DNA from: Escherichia coli | GTDB lineage: Bacteria; Pseudomonadota; Gammaproteobacteria; Enterobacterales; Enterobacteriaceae | Assembly: GCF_003334335.1 (NCBI RefSeq) | Contig: NZ_QOWQ01000017.1 | Reading direction: 5' to 3' (one strand) | Length of the DNA: 64,000 nucleotides | Part shown: positions 21,918 to 33,354 of the stretch, piece by piece | Layout: each line of letters begins with the position of its first letter | How positions within the stretch are numbered: position 1 is the first letter of the stretch | Position numbers and translations under genes: made by a program | Notes under the pieces: model-generated | What the model was told of the DNA's origin: nothing | Databases searched by the model: none | Seen by the model: only the letters and a program-made list of their open reading frames with translations

Positions 21918-22080
21918 GCCGGATGCGGCGTGAACGCCTTATCCGGCCTACAAAAGCACGCAAACTCAATATATTGCAGAGATCATGTAGGCCTGATAAG
22001 CGTAGCGCATCAGGCAATTTAGCGTTTGAAACTGTTTGTCTGTTCCTTGCCGGATGCGACGTAAACGCCCCATCCGGCAT
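21918..22080. repeat. BIME cluster of three REP units
   Basis: Three copies of the gccggatgcgRcg...ccttatccggcctac type motif in alternating orientation. Confidence 0.75.
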
Positions 22081-22094
22081 AGCGAAACTTAAAA

Positions 22095-23759
22095 TTACTC
22101 GCCTACTTTCGCCCAGGTATCACGCAGCCCAACGGTGCGGTTAAATACCGGTTTTTCCGCCGTAGAATGGCGGCTATCGAGGCAGAAGTAACCTTCACGC
22201 TCAAACTGGAATGCTTTACCCGCAACCGCATCTTTCAGCGACGGTTCAGCAAAGCCCTGTTTGATCACCAGCGATTCCGGGTTAATCACCGACAGGAAAT
22301 CATCCGCAGCACCTGGGTTAGGCACGCTGAACAGACGGTCATACAAACGGATTTCAACCGGCAGCGCATGTGCCGCGCTCACCCAGTGAATAACACCTTT
22401 GACTTTACGACCATCTGCCGGATCTTTGCTTAAGGTATCGGCGTCATAAGTACAGAAGATGGTGGTGATATTACCTTCGGCATCTTTCTCGACGCGTTCT
22501 GCCTTAATCACATAAGCATTACGCAGACGCACTTCTTTACCCAGCACCAGACGTTTGTACTGCTTGTTAGCTTCTTCGCGGAAATCGGCGCGATCAATCC
22601 AAATCTCACCGCTAAACGGCACCTGACGGCTGCCCATTTCCGGTTTGTTCGGATGGTTCGGCATGGTAACCATTTCGCCTTCGCCCTGATAGTTTTCGAT
22701 AACCAGTTTCACCGGATCGATAACCGCCATTGCGCGCGGCGCATTTTCGTTGAGATCTTCACGGATGCAGGATTCCAGCGACGCCATCTCAATGGTGTTG
22801 TCCTGCTTGGTCACGCCGATGCGTTTGCAGAACTCACGAATAGAAGCCGCAGTGTAACCACGACGACGCAGACCGGAAATGGTCGGCATACGCGGGTCAT
22901 CCCAGCCTTCAACGTGCTTGTCGGTCACCAGCAGGTTCAACTTACGCTTGGACATCACGGTGTATTCCAGATTCAGGCGCGAGAACTCATACTGGCGCGG
23001 GTGAACAGGAATCGTGATGTTGTCCAGTACCCAGTCGTACAGACGACGGTTGTCCTGGAACTCAAGCGTACACAGAGAGTGCGTAATACCTTCCAGGGCA
23101 TCGCTGATGCAGTGGGTGAAGTCGTACATCGGGTAGATGCACCACTTGTTGCCAGTCTGGTGGTGTTCAGCAAATTTAATACGGTACAGCACCGGATCGC
23201 GCATCACGATAAACGGTGAAGCCATGTCGATTTTCGCACGCAGGCAGGCTTTACCTTCTTCAAAACCACCGGCACGCATTTTTTCGAACAGCGCCAGGTT
23301 CTCTTCAACGCTGCGGTCGCGGTACGGGCTGTTTTTACCCGGTTGCGTCAGGGTGCCGCGGTATTCGCGGATCTGTTCCGGCGTCAGTTCATCAACGTAC
23401 GCCAGGCCTTTATTGATCAGTTCGATCGCATAGGCGTGGAGCTGATCAAAATAATCGGAGGAGTAACGGACGTTACCAGACCAGTGAAAACCTAACCACT
23501 CTACGTCGTTTTTGATCGACTCAACATACTCGATATCTTCTTTTACCGGGTTAGTGTCGTCGAAACGCAGGTTGCACTGGCCTTTATAGTCCTGGGCGAT
23601 CCCGAAGTTCAGGCAGATAGATTTCGCATGGCCAATATGCAGATAGCCATTCGGCTCCGGCGGGAAACGGGTGTGTACTGTGGTGTGCTTACCACTGGCC
23701 AGATCTTCATCGATGATCTGACGGATAAAGTTAGTCGGGCGGGCTTCTGCCTCACTCAT
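22095..23759 (-). CDS. glnS: Glutaminyl-tRNA synthetase
   Basis: 554 aa [20 protein letters not shown]... with HIGH and VMSKR motifs. Confidence 0.97.
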
Positions 23760-23961
23760 CGTGGATTCCTCAAAGCGTAAACAACGTATAACGGCGTATG
23801 ATCTTATAAGCGGGACAGGCTGACAACTGTTAGTTTTTTAAAATTGATAATCTAACAAGGATTATGGGGATGATTGATGAAAAAAAAAGCGGCAGAGAAG
23901 ATCTCCACCGCTTGTCATTGTTGGATGCGACGCTCAAGCGTCGCATCAGGCATAAAGCAGA

Positions 23962-25908
23962 TTACTTTTTGATTTCATACAGCGGTGTTTGACCCGCCAC
24001 AACATGGCCCTGAGCTTTAATGATCAAGCCACTGAAATCGTCGATATTGCTGCAAACCACCGGGCTAATCATCGAGCGGGCGTTAGCGTTCAGGTAATCC
24101 AGATCCATTTCCAGAATCGGTTGCCCTGCGCTTACCTGCGCACCCTCTTCCACCAGACGTTTAAAGCCTTTACCTTCCAGCGCTACGGTGTCGATACCCA
24201 TATGGACGACGATCTCCGCGCCTTTTTCGGTTTCCAGGCAGAACGCGTGGTTGGTGTTGAAGATTTTCACGATTGTCCCTGCGGCTGGTGATACGACGAT
24301 TTTATCTGTCGGTTTCACCGCCACACCGTCACCCACCGCTTTGCTGGCGAATGCTTCGTCAGGAACCTGATCCAGTGCCACGACATCACCGGTAATCGGC
24401 GATACCAGCTCCGCGATAGATACCGCGTTTGGTACAGCCTGCGGTTTTGCTACAGGCGCGGCAGTTGCCGGAGTTGCTTCAGCTGACGCAGCGGCTACCG
24501 GACCACGGGCAACGACTTTCTTCATCGCATCGCCGATGGATTCTGCTTTCGCGCCAACAATCACCTGAATAGTCTGTTTGTTCAGTTTCACTACCCCAGA
24601 AGCACCCAGACGTTTACACATCGTATCGTTAACGCGGGCAGAGTCAGCCACTGTAAGGCGCAGACGGGTGATACAGGCGTCAATCGCTTTCAGGTTGTCA
24701 GTGCCGCCAACCGCAGCAATATAGTTGGTTGCCAGTTGAGTCAGACCTTCTTCAGTGTTGCTGTTGGCTTCTTCAGTAACGATCTCGTCTTCTTTATCTT
24801 CACGACCCGGCGTTTTCAGGTTGAACATGCGGATAACCAAACTGAACACCACGAAGTAGATAGCGAAGAAGATAACGCCCATCACCAGCAGCATCCAGAC
24901 GTTCTGGCTGGCGGCCGGCAGGTTATACATCAACGCGTAGTCGATAGCCCCCGCAGAGAAAGAGAAGCCCGCGTGGATACCCAGCAGCGTTGCCACAAAC
25001 AGGCTGATACCGGTCAGCAGTGCGTGCAGGAGGTACAGCAGCGGAGCAAGGAACATGAACAGGAATTCCAGCGGCTCAGTCACACCGGTCAGGAACGCAG
25101 TAACAGCAACAGAAAGCAGCATACCGCCAACCATCGGACGACGCTCTTTCGGTGCTGCGAAGTACATCGCCAGCGCCGCACCCGGCAGACCGAACATCAT
25201 GATCGGGAAGAAGCCGGACATGAACATCCCCGCGGTGCCGTCACCGGCATAGAAGCGGTTAATGTCACCGTGGAAAACCGTACCCGCCGCGTTGGTGAAT
25301 TCACCAATCTGGAACCAGGCGATGGTGTTCAGTACCTGATGCAGACCGGTTGGGATCAGCAGACGGTTGATGAAACCAAAGATACCGGAACCCAGCGCGC
25401 CCGCAGAAACGATCCACTCGCCGCCTGCATGGATAGCGTGCTGTACCGGCGGCCAGACGTAACCAAAAATGGCCGCCAGCACCAGGCAGAAGAATCCGGT
25501 GGCAATCGGCACAAAGCGTTTGCCGCCGAAGAAGCTCAGGAAGTCCGGCAGTTTAATATCGGACCAACGGTTATAGGCTGCGCCACCAACCAGACCGGTA
25601 ATGATACCCGCCAGTACACCCATGTTAATTTCTGGGTTGATGGTCACCATCGCTTTGGTTAACACAAAGTAACCTACCGCACCCGCCAGCGCCGCCGCAC
25701 CAGCGCTGTCTTTCGACCAGCTGGATGCCACACCGATGGCGAAGATTAATGCGAGGTTATCAAAAATCGCACCGCCCGCCTGGGCAATAAACGCAACGTT
25801 AAGTAAATCTGGCTGACCGAATCGCAGCAACAGTGCCGCCACCGGCAGCACCGCGATAGGGAGCTGTAACGCCCTACCGAGTCGCTGGAAAAAACCTAAA
25901 ATATTCAT
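23962..25908 (-). CDS. nagE: PTS N-acetylglucosamine-specific EIICBA
   Basis: 648 aa MNILGFFQRLGRALQLPIAV... Confidence 0.95.
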   Translation of the reverse strand: MNILGFFQRLGRALQLPIAVLPVAALLLRFGQPDLLNVAFIAQAGGAIFDNLALIFAIGVASSWSKDSAGAAALAGAVGYFVLTKAMVTINPEINMGVLAGIITGLVGGAAYNRWSDIKLPDFLSFFGGKRFVPIATGFFCLVLAAIFGYVWPPVQHAIHAGGEWIVSAGALGSGIFGFINRLLIPTGLHQVLNTIAWFQIGEFTNAAGTVFHGDINRFYAGDGTAGMFMSGFFPIMMFGLPGAALAMYFAAPKERRPMVGGMLLSVAVTAFLTGVTEPLEFLFMFLAPLLYLLHALLTGISLFVATLLGIHAGFSFSAGAIDYALMYNLPAASQNVWMLLVMGVIFFAIYFVVFSLVIRMFNLKTPGREDKEDEIVTEEANSNTEEGLTQLATNYIAAVGGTDNLKAIDACITRLRLTVADSARVNDTMCKRLGASGVVKLNKQTIQVIVGAKAESIGDAMKKVVARGPVAAASAEATPATAAPVAKPQAVPNAVSIAELVSPITGDVVALDQVPDEAFASKAVGDGVAVKPTDKIVVSPAAGTIVKIFNTNHAFCLETEKGAEIVVHMGIDTVALEGKGFKRLVEEGAQVSAGQPILEMDLDYLNANARSMISPVVCSNIDDFSGLIIKAQGHVVAGQTPLYEIKK

Positions 25909-26032
25909 CTTATTCCCCCTACGAGAACCCTATTTGGCTCGTTTCAAGCCGTATTTTTATTTTGCTGCAAATTGTACTGCCGATGTTCTGTAATCAGATT
26001 GTTAGATCATCTGCTACAGAGTGTGTGAAAAT

Positions 26033-26053
26033 TTAATTCGTATCGCAAATTAA
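26033..26053. promoter_or_regulatory. NagC operator-like palindrome (nagE-proximal)
   Basis: ttaattcgtatcgcaaattaa. Confidence 0.55.
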
Positions 26054-26065
26054 ACGCGTGTCTTT

Positions 26066-26081
26066 TGTGAGTTTTGTCACC
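26066..26081. promoter_or_regulatory. CRP site in the nagE-nagB divergent region
   Basis: tgtgagttttgtcacc matches TGTGA-N6-TCACA. Confidence 0.6.
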
Positions 26082-26125
26082 AAATATCGTTATCATCACT
26101 CCCTTTTACTGGCTAAACCAGAAAA

Positions 26126-26150
26126 CTTATTTTATCATTCAAAAAATCAG
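26126..26150. promoter_or_regulatory. Second NagC operator-like element (nagB-proximal)
   Basis: cttattttatcattcaaaaaatcag, about 95 bp from the first box. Confidence 0.4.
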
Positions 26151-26240
26151 GTCGGATTGACGCCTGTCTGCGCAAATCCAGGTTACGCTTAAAGATGCCT
26201 AATCCGCCAACGGCTTACATTTTACTTATTGAGGTGAATA

Positions 26241-28249
<2,009 letters not shown>

Positions 28250-28257
28250 GAGAAAGT

Positions 28258-29478
28258 ATGACACCAGGCGGACAAGCTCAGATAGGTAATGTTGATCTCG
28301 TAAAACAGCTTAACAGCGCGGCGGTTTATCGCCTGATTGACCAGTACGGGCCAATCTCGCGGATTCAGATTGCCGAGCAAAGCCAGCTTGCCCCCGCCAG
28401 CGTAACCAAAATTACGCGTCAGCTTATCGAACGCGGGCTGATCAAAGAAGTTGATCAGCAGGCCTCCACCGGGGGCCGCCGCGCTATCTCCATCGTCACC
28501 GAAACCCGCAATTTCCACGCAATCGGCGTACGGCTTGGTCGTCATGACGCCACCATCACTCTGTTTGATCTCAGCAGCAAAGTGCTGGCAGAAGAACATT
28601 ACCCGCTGCCGGAACGTACCCAGCAAACGCTGGAACATGCCCTGTTGAATGCCATTGCTCAGTTTATTGATAGCTACCAGCGCAAACTGCGCGAGCTGAT
28701 CGCGATTTCGGTGATCCTGCCAGGGCTTGTTGACCCGGACAGCGGCAAAATTCATTACATGCCGCATATTCAGGTAGAAAACTGGGGGCTGGTAGAAGCT
28801 CTGGAAGAACGTTTTAAAGTGACCTGTTTCGTTGGTCACGATATCCGTAGTCTGGCGCTGGCGGAGCACTACTTCGGTGCAAGTCAGGATTGCGAAGACT
28901 CCATTCTGGTGCGTGTCCATCGCGGAACCGGGGCCGGGATTATCTCTAACGGGCGCATTTTTATTGGCCGCAACGGCAACGTCGGTGAAATTGGCCATAT
29001 TCAGGTCGAACCGCTGGGTGAACGCTGCCACTGCGGCAACTTTGGCTGCCTGGAAACTATCGCTGCCAACGCTGCCATTGAACAACGGGTGTTGAATCTG
29101 TTAAAGCAGGGCTACCAGAGCCGCGTGCCGCTGGACGACTGCACCATCAAAACTATCTGCAAAGCCGCGAACAAAGGCGATAGTCTGGCGTCGGAAGTAA
29201 TTGAGTATGTCGGTCGTCATCTGGGTAAAACCATCGCCATTGCTATCAACTTATTTAATCCGCAAAAAATTGTTATTGCCGGTGAAATCACCGAAGCCGA
29301 TAAAGTGCTGCTCCCTGCTATTGAAAGCTGCATTAATACCCAGGCGCTGAAGGCGTTTCGCACTAATCTGCCGGTGGTACGTTCTGAGCTGGATCACCGC
29401 TCGGCAATCGGCGCTTTTGCGCTGGTAAAACGCGCCATGCTCAACGGTATTTTGCTCCAGCATTTGCTGGAAAATTAA
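28258..29478 (+). CDS. nagC: ROK-family transcriptional repressor NagC
   Basis: 406 aa with N-terminal HTH and ROK domain. Confidence 0.95.
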   Translation: MTPGGQAQIGNVDLVKQLNSAAVYRLIDQYGPISRIQIAEQSQLAPASVTKITRQLIERGLIKEVDQQASTGGRRAISIVTETRNFHAIGVRLGRHDATITLFDLSSKVLAEEHYPLPERTQQTLEHALLNAIAQFIDSYQRKLRELIAISVILPGLVDPDSGKIHYMPHIQVENWGLVEALEERFKVTCFVGHDIRSLALAEHYFGASQDCEDSILVRVHRGTGAGIISNGRIFIGRNGNVGEIGHIQVEPLGERCHCGNFGCLETIAANAAIEQRVLNLLKQGYQSRVPLDDCTIKTICKAANKGDSLASEVIEYVGRHLGKTIAIAINLFNPQKIVIAGEITEADKVLLPAIESCINTQALKAFRTNLPVVRSELDHRSAIGAFALVKRAMLNGILLQHLLEN

Positions 29479-29525
29479 TGTGCTTTTATAGTGGCGCTTA
29501 TTGTTGTCAATATTCTGGGTAGTCC

Positions 29526-30278
29526 ATGACCATTAAAAATGTAATTTGCGATATCGACGGCGTGCTGATGCACGATAACGTCGCCGTACCGGGTGCAGCG
29601 GAATTTTTGCACGGGATTATGGATAAAGGCCTGCCGCTGGTGTTGCTGACCAACTATCCTTCGCAGACTGGGCAAGATCTGGCGAACCGCTTTGCCACCG
29701 CAGGTGTCGATGTACCTGACAGCGTGTTTTATACCTCTGCGATGGCGACTGCCGATTTCCTGCGTCGCCAGGAAGGCAAGAAAGCGTATGTGGTGGGCGA
29801 AGGCGCACTGATTCATGAACTGTACAAAGCCGGTTTCACTATTACCGATGTGAACCCTGATTTCGTGATTGTTGGCGAAACGCGTTCCTACAACTGGGAC
29901 ATGATGCATAAAGCAGCCTATTTCGTCGCTAACGGTGCACGTTTTATCGCCACCAATCCGGACACCCACGGGCGCGGTTTTTATCCCGCTTGTGGCGCGT
30001 TGTGTGCAGGGATTGAGAAAATCTCCGGGCGCAAACCGTTCTATGTTGGTAAGCCCAGCCCGTGGATCATCCGCGCAGCATTAAACAAAATGCAGGCGCA
30101 TTCGGAAGAAACGGTGATTGTCGGCGATAACCTGCGTACCGATATTCTGGCCGGCTTCCAGGCAGGTCTGGAGACGATTCTTGTGCTTTCTGGTGTTTCG
30201 TCGCTCGACGATATCGACAGTATGCCTTTCCGCCCCAGCTGGATTTACCCGTCAGTCGCTGAAATCGACGTTATCTGA
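29526..30278 (+). CDS. nagD: HAD-family UMP phosphatase NagD
   Basis: 250 aa; DIDGVL HAD motif I. Confidence 0.93.
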   Translation: MTIKNVICDIDGVLMHDNVAVPGAAEFLHGIMDKGLPLVLLTNYPSQTGQDLANRFATAGVDVPDSVFYTSAMATADFLRRQEGKKAYVVGEGALIHELYKAGFTITDVNPDFVIVGETRSYNWDMMHKAAYFVANGARFIATNPDTHGRGFYPACGALCAGIEKISGRKPFYVGKPSPWIIRAALNKMQAHSEETVIVGDNLRTDILAGFQAGLETILVLSGVSSLDDIDSMPFRPSWIYPSVAEIDVI

Positions 30279-30330
30279 ATAGCAACCACGTCTGCGGACG
30301 TGGTTGGCTCTGATGACAAACGCCAAACTG

Positions 30331-30428
30331 CCTGATGCGCTACGCTTATCAGGCCTACGCAGCTCCTGCAATATATTGAATTTTCATGCTTTTGTAGGCC
30401 GGATAAGGCGTTCACGCCGCATCCGGCA
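30331..30428. repeat. REP/BIME element
   Basis: gcctgatgcgctacgcttatcaggcctac ... gtaggccggataaggcgttcacgccgcatccggca. Confidence 0.75.
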
Positions 30429-30674
30429 TGAACAAATCGCACTTTGTCAGCAATTTGGCCCCCGTAAAATATAAACATTCAATAAAACCCGCTAAAAATT
30501 ATCGATTCATCAATAAATATATCCTCACACCAGACCTTTTTTCACCAATCGACAATCACCATTACGTTTTTTATTTTTTCACCGCCAAATCGCTTGCGCA
30601 CAGTGCTGCTTTGCGGCATTTTTTTAAACAAGCAAACACAACAAGCAACAAATACCAGGTTAACGGAGAAGGTT

Positions 30675-32339
30675 ATGTGTTCAATTTTTGGCGTATTCGA
30701 TATCAAAACAGACGCAGTTGAGCTGCGTAAGAAAGCCCTCGAGCTGTCACGCCTGATGCGTCATCGTGGCCCGGACTGGTCCGGTATTTATGCCAGCGAT
30801 AACGCCATTCTCGCCCACGAACGTCTGTCAATTGTTGACGTTAACGCGGGGGCGCAACCTCTCTACAACCAACAAAAAACCCACGTACTGGCGGTAAACG
30901 GTGAAATCTACAACCACCAGGCATTGCGCGCCGAATATGGCGATCGTTACCAGTTCCAGACCGGGTCTGACTGTGAAGTGATCCTCGCGCTGTATCAGGA
31001 AAAAGGGCCGGAATTTCTCGACGACTTGCAGGGCATGTTTGCCTTTGCACTGTACGACAGCGAAAAAGATGCCTACCTGATTGGTCGCGACCATCTGGGG
31101 ATCATCCCACTGTATATGGGGTATGACGAACACGGTCAGCTGTATGTGGCCTCAGAAATGAAAGCGCTGGTGCCAGTTTGCCGCACGATTAAAGAGTTCC
31201 CGGCGGGGAGCTATTTGTGGAGCCAGGACGGCGAAATCCGTTCTTACTATCATCGCGACTGGTTCGACTACGATGCGGTGAAAGATAACGTGACCGACAA
31301 AAACGAGCTGCGTCAGGCACTGGAAGATTCAGTTAAAAGCCATCTGATGTCTGATGTGCCTTACGGTGTGCTGCTTTCTGGTGGTCTGGATTCCTCAATT
31401 ATTTCCGCTATCACCAAGAAATACGCAGCCCGTCGCGTGGAAGATCAGGAACGCTCTGAAGCCTGGTGGCCGCAGTTACACTCCTTTGCTGTAGGTCTGC
31501 CGGGTTCACCGGATCTGAAAGCAGCCCAGGAAGTGGCAAACCATCTGGGCACGGTGCATCACGAAATTCACTTCACTGTACAGGAAGGTCTGGATGCCAT
31601 CCGCGACGTGATTTACCACATCGAAACTTATGATGTGACCACTATTCGCGCTTCAACACCGATGTATTTAATGTCGCGTAAGATCAAGGCGATGGGCATT
31701 AAAATGGTGCTGTCCGGTGAAGGTTCTGATGAAGTGTTCGGCGGTTATCTTTACTTCCACAAAGCACCGAATGCCAAAGAACTGCATGAAGAGACGGTGC
31801 GTAAACTGCTGGCCCTGCATATGTATGACTGCGCGCGTGCCAACAAAGCGATGTCAGCCTGGGGCGTGGAAGCACGCGTTCCGTTCCTCGACAAAAAATT
31901 CCTTGATGTGGCGATGCGTATTAACCCACAGGATAAAATGTGCGGTAACGGCAAAATGGAAAAACACATCCTGCGTGAATGTTTTGAAGCGTATCTGCCT
32001 GCAAGCGTGGCCTGGCGGCAGAAAGAGCAGTTCTCCGATGGCGTCGGTTACAGTTGGATCGACACCCTGAAAGAAGTGGCTGCGCAGCAGGTTTCTGATC
32101 AGCAACTGGAAACTGCCCGCTTCCGCTTCCCGTACAACACGCCAACCTCTAAAGAAGCGTACTTGTATCGGGAGATCTTTGAAGAACTATTCCCGCTTCC
32201 GAGCGCCGCTGAGTGCGTGCCGGGCGGTCCTTCCGTCGCTTGTTCTTCCGCTAAAGCGATCGAATGGGATGAAGCGTTCAAGAAAATGGACGATCCGTCT
32301 GGTCGCGCGGTTGGTGTTCACCAGTCGGCGTATAAGTAA
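30675..32339 (+). CDS. asnB: Asparagine synthetase B (glutamine-hydrolysing)
   Basis: 554 aa from MCSIFGVFDIK... (N-terminal Cys nucleophile after Met); ATG at 30675 after ggagaagg. Confidence 0.95.
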   Translation: MCSIFGVFDIKTDAVELRKKALELSRLMRHRGPDWSGIYASDNAILAHERLSIVDVNAGAQPLYNQQKTHVLAVNGEIYNHQALRAEYGDRYQFQTGSDCEVILALYQEKGPEFLDDLQGMFAFALYDSEKDAYLIGRDHLGIIPLYMGYDEHGQLYVASEMKALVPVCRTIKEFPAGSYLWSQDGEIRSYYHRDWFDYDAVKDNVTDKNELRQALEDSVKSHLMSDVPYGVLLSGGLDSSIISAITKKYAARRVEDQERSEAWWPQLHSFAVGLPGSPDLKAAQEVANHLGTVHHEIHFTVQEGLDAIRDVIYHIETYDVTTIRASTPMYLMSRKIKAMGIKMVLSGEGSDEVFGGYLYFHKAPNAKELHEETVRKLLALHMYDCARANKAMSAWGVEARVPFLDKKFLDVAMRINPQDKMCGNGKMEKHILRECFEAYLPASVAWRQKEQFSDGVGYSWIDTLKEVAAQQVSDQQLETARFRFPYNTPTSKEAYLYREIFEELFPLPSAAECVPGGPSVACSSAKAIEWDEAFKKMDDPSGRAVGVHQSAYK

Positions 32340-32347
32340 GAAATGCG

Positions 32348-32380
32348 AAACAGCCCCGGTGAAATCCGGGGCTGTTTCAG
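32348..32380 (+). terminator. Intrinsic terminator after asnB
   Basis: aaacagccccgg-tgaaat-ccggggctgttt. Confidence 0.65.
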
Positions 32381-32649
32381 TTATTGAGGTGCTTGTTGAT
32401 TCTGATATGCAGTAAGGAAATGTTCCGGGTTTGCCACATCACTGTTTGACAACTCATCACTGTAGGCCAGTATTTCATAGATTAATTTCCCACCACTATT
32501 GTTAAATTCCGAATTTCATCCTGTATGACAAAAGAATGGCTGTAGGGTGGGAAAAAACACAAAGTAAACAATAATTGACGAATATAGCGCCACGCTGTTC
32601 GCAACCTAACCAAACAGTCACTTTCGAGCAATTTTCCTTGAAAAAGAGG

Positions 32650-32678
32650 TTGACGCTGCAAGGCTCTATACGCATAAT
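32650..32678 (+). promoter_or_regulatory. Sigma70-type promoter for the tRNA operon
   Basis: TTGACG, 17-bp spacer, CATAAT, then a GC-rich discriminator gcgcccc; about 40 bp upstream of the first tRNA. Confidence 0.55.
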
Positions 32679-32718
32679 GCGCCCCGCAACGCCGATAAGG
32701 TATCGCGAAAAAAAAGAT

Positions 32719-32795
32719 GGCTACGTAGCTCAGTTGGTTAGAGCACATCACTCATAATGATGGGGTCACAGGTTCGAATCCCGTCGTAGCCACCA
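32719..32795 (+). tRNA. metT: tRNA-Met (elongator, CAU)
   Basis: 77-nt ggctacgtagctcagttggttagagcacatcactcataatgatggggtcacaggttcgaatcccgtcgtagccacca with encoded CCA. Confidence 0.95.
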
Positions 32796-32804
32796 TCTTT
32801 TTTT

Positions 32805-32889
32805 GCGGGAGTGGCGAAATTGGTAGACGCACCAGATTTAGGTTCTGGCGCCGCAAGGTGTGCGAGTTCAAGTCTCGCCTCCCGCACCA
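32805..32889 (+). tRNA. leuW: tRNA-Leu (UAG)
   Basis: 85-nt class II tRNA gcgggagtggcgaaattggtagacg...cgcctcccgcacca; anticodon loop tttaggt. Confidence 0.95.
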
Positions 32890-32912
32890 TTCACCAGAAA
32901 GCGTTGTACGGA

Positions 32913-32987
32913 TGGGGTATCGCCAAGCGGTAAGGCACCGGTTTTTGATACCGGCATTCCCTGGTTCGAATCCAGGTACCCCAGCCA
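32913..32987 (+). tRNA. glnU: tRNA-Gln (UUG)
   Basis: 75-nt tggggtatcgccaagcggtaagg...; anticodon loop ttttgat. Confidence 0.93.
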
Positions 32988-33002
32988 TCGAAGAAACAAT
33001 CT

Positions 33003-33079
33003 GGCTACGTAGCTCAGTTGGTTAGAGCACATCACTCATAATGATGGGGTCACAGGTTCGAATCCCGTCGTAGCCACCA
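33003..33079 (+). tRNA. metU: tRNA-Met (elongator, CAU), second copy
   Basis: Identical 77-nt sequence to the first Met tRNA. Confidence 0.95.
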
Positions 33080-33126
33080 AATTCTGAATGTGTCGAATAT
33101 GTTCGGCAAATTCAAAACCAATTTGT

Positions 33127-33201
33127 TGGGGTATCGCCAAGCGGTAAGGCACCGGATTCTGATTCCGGCATTCCGAGGTTCGAATCCTCGTACCCCAGCC
33201 A
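33127..33201 (+). tRNA. glnV: tRNA-Gln (CUG)
   Basis: 75-nt Gln tRNA; anticodon loop ttctgat. Confidence 0.93.
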
Positions 33202-33204
33202 CAT

Positions 33205-33238
33205 TAAAAAAGCTCGCTTCGGCGAGCTTTTTGCTTTT
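33205..33238 (+). terminator. Intrinsic terminator ending the tRNA operon
   Basis: aaaaaagctcgc-ttcg-gcgagcttttt. Confidence 0.7.
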
Positions 33239-33249
33239 CTGCGTTCATT

Positions 33250-33340
33250 CAATGTCGAATGCGATGTTGACACGTCTTATCCTTCAATGTCGGATGCGAC
33301 GCTGCCGCGTCTTATCCGACCTACGGTTGGCACGCATCCG
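33250..33340. repeat. Degenerate REP-like elements
   Basis: gtcggatgcgacgctgccgcgtcttatccgacctac and an upstream partial copy. Confidence 0.5.
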
Positions 33341-33354
33341 GCAATGTTGTAAGG

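Noticed and set aside
24736-25662. 308-aa plus-strand ORF
   Set aside because: Antisense to nagE; Arg/His/Gln-rich shadow frame.
32719-33340. Possible CRISPR-like array suggested by regularly spaced repeats
   Set aside because: The repeats are complete tRNA genes (cloverleaf-compatible, CCA ends) followed by REP elements; no cas genes and no short direct repeat/spacer periodicity.
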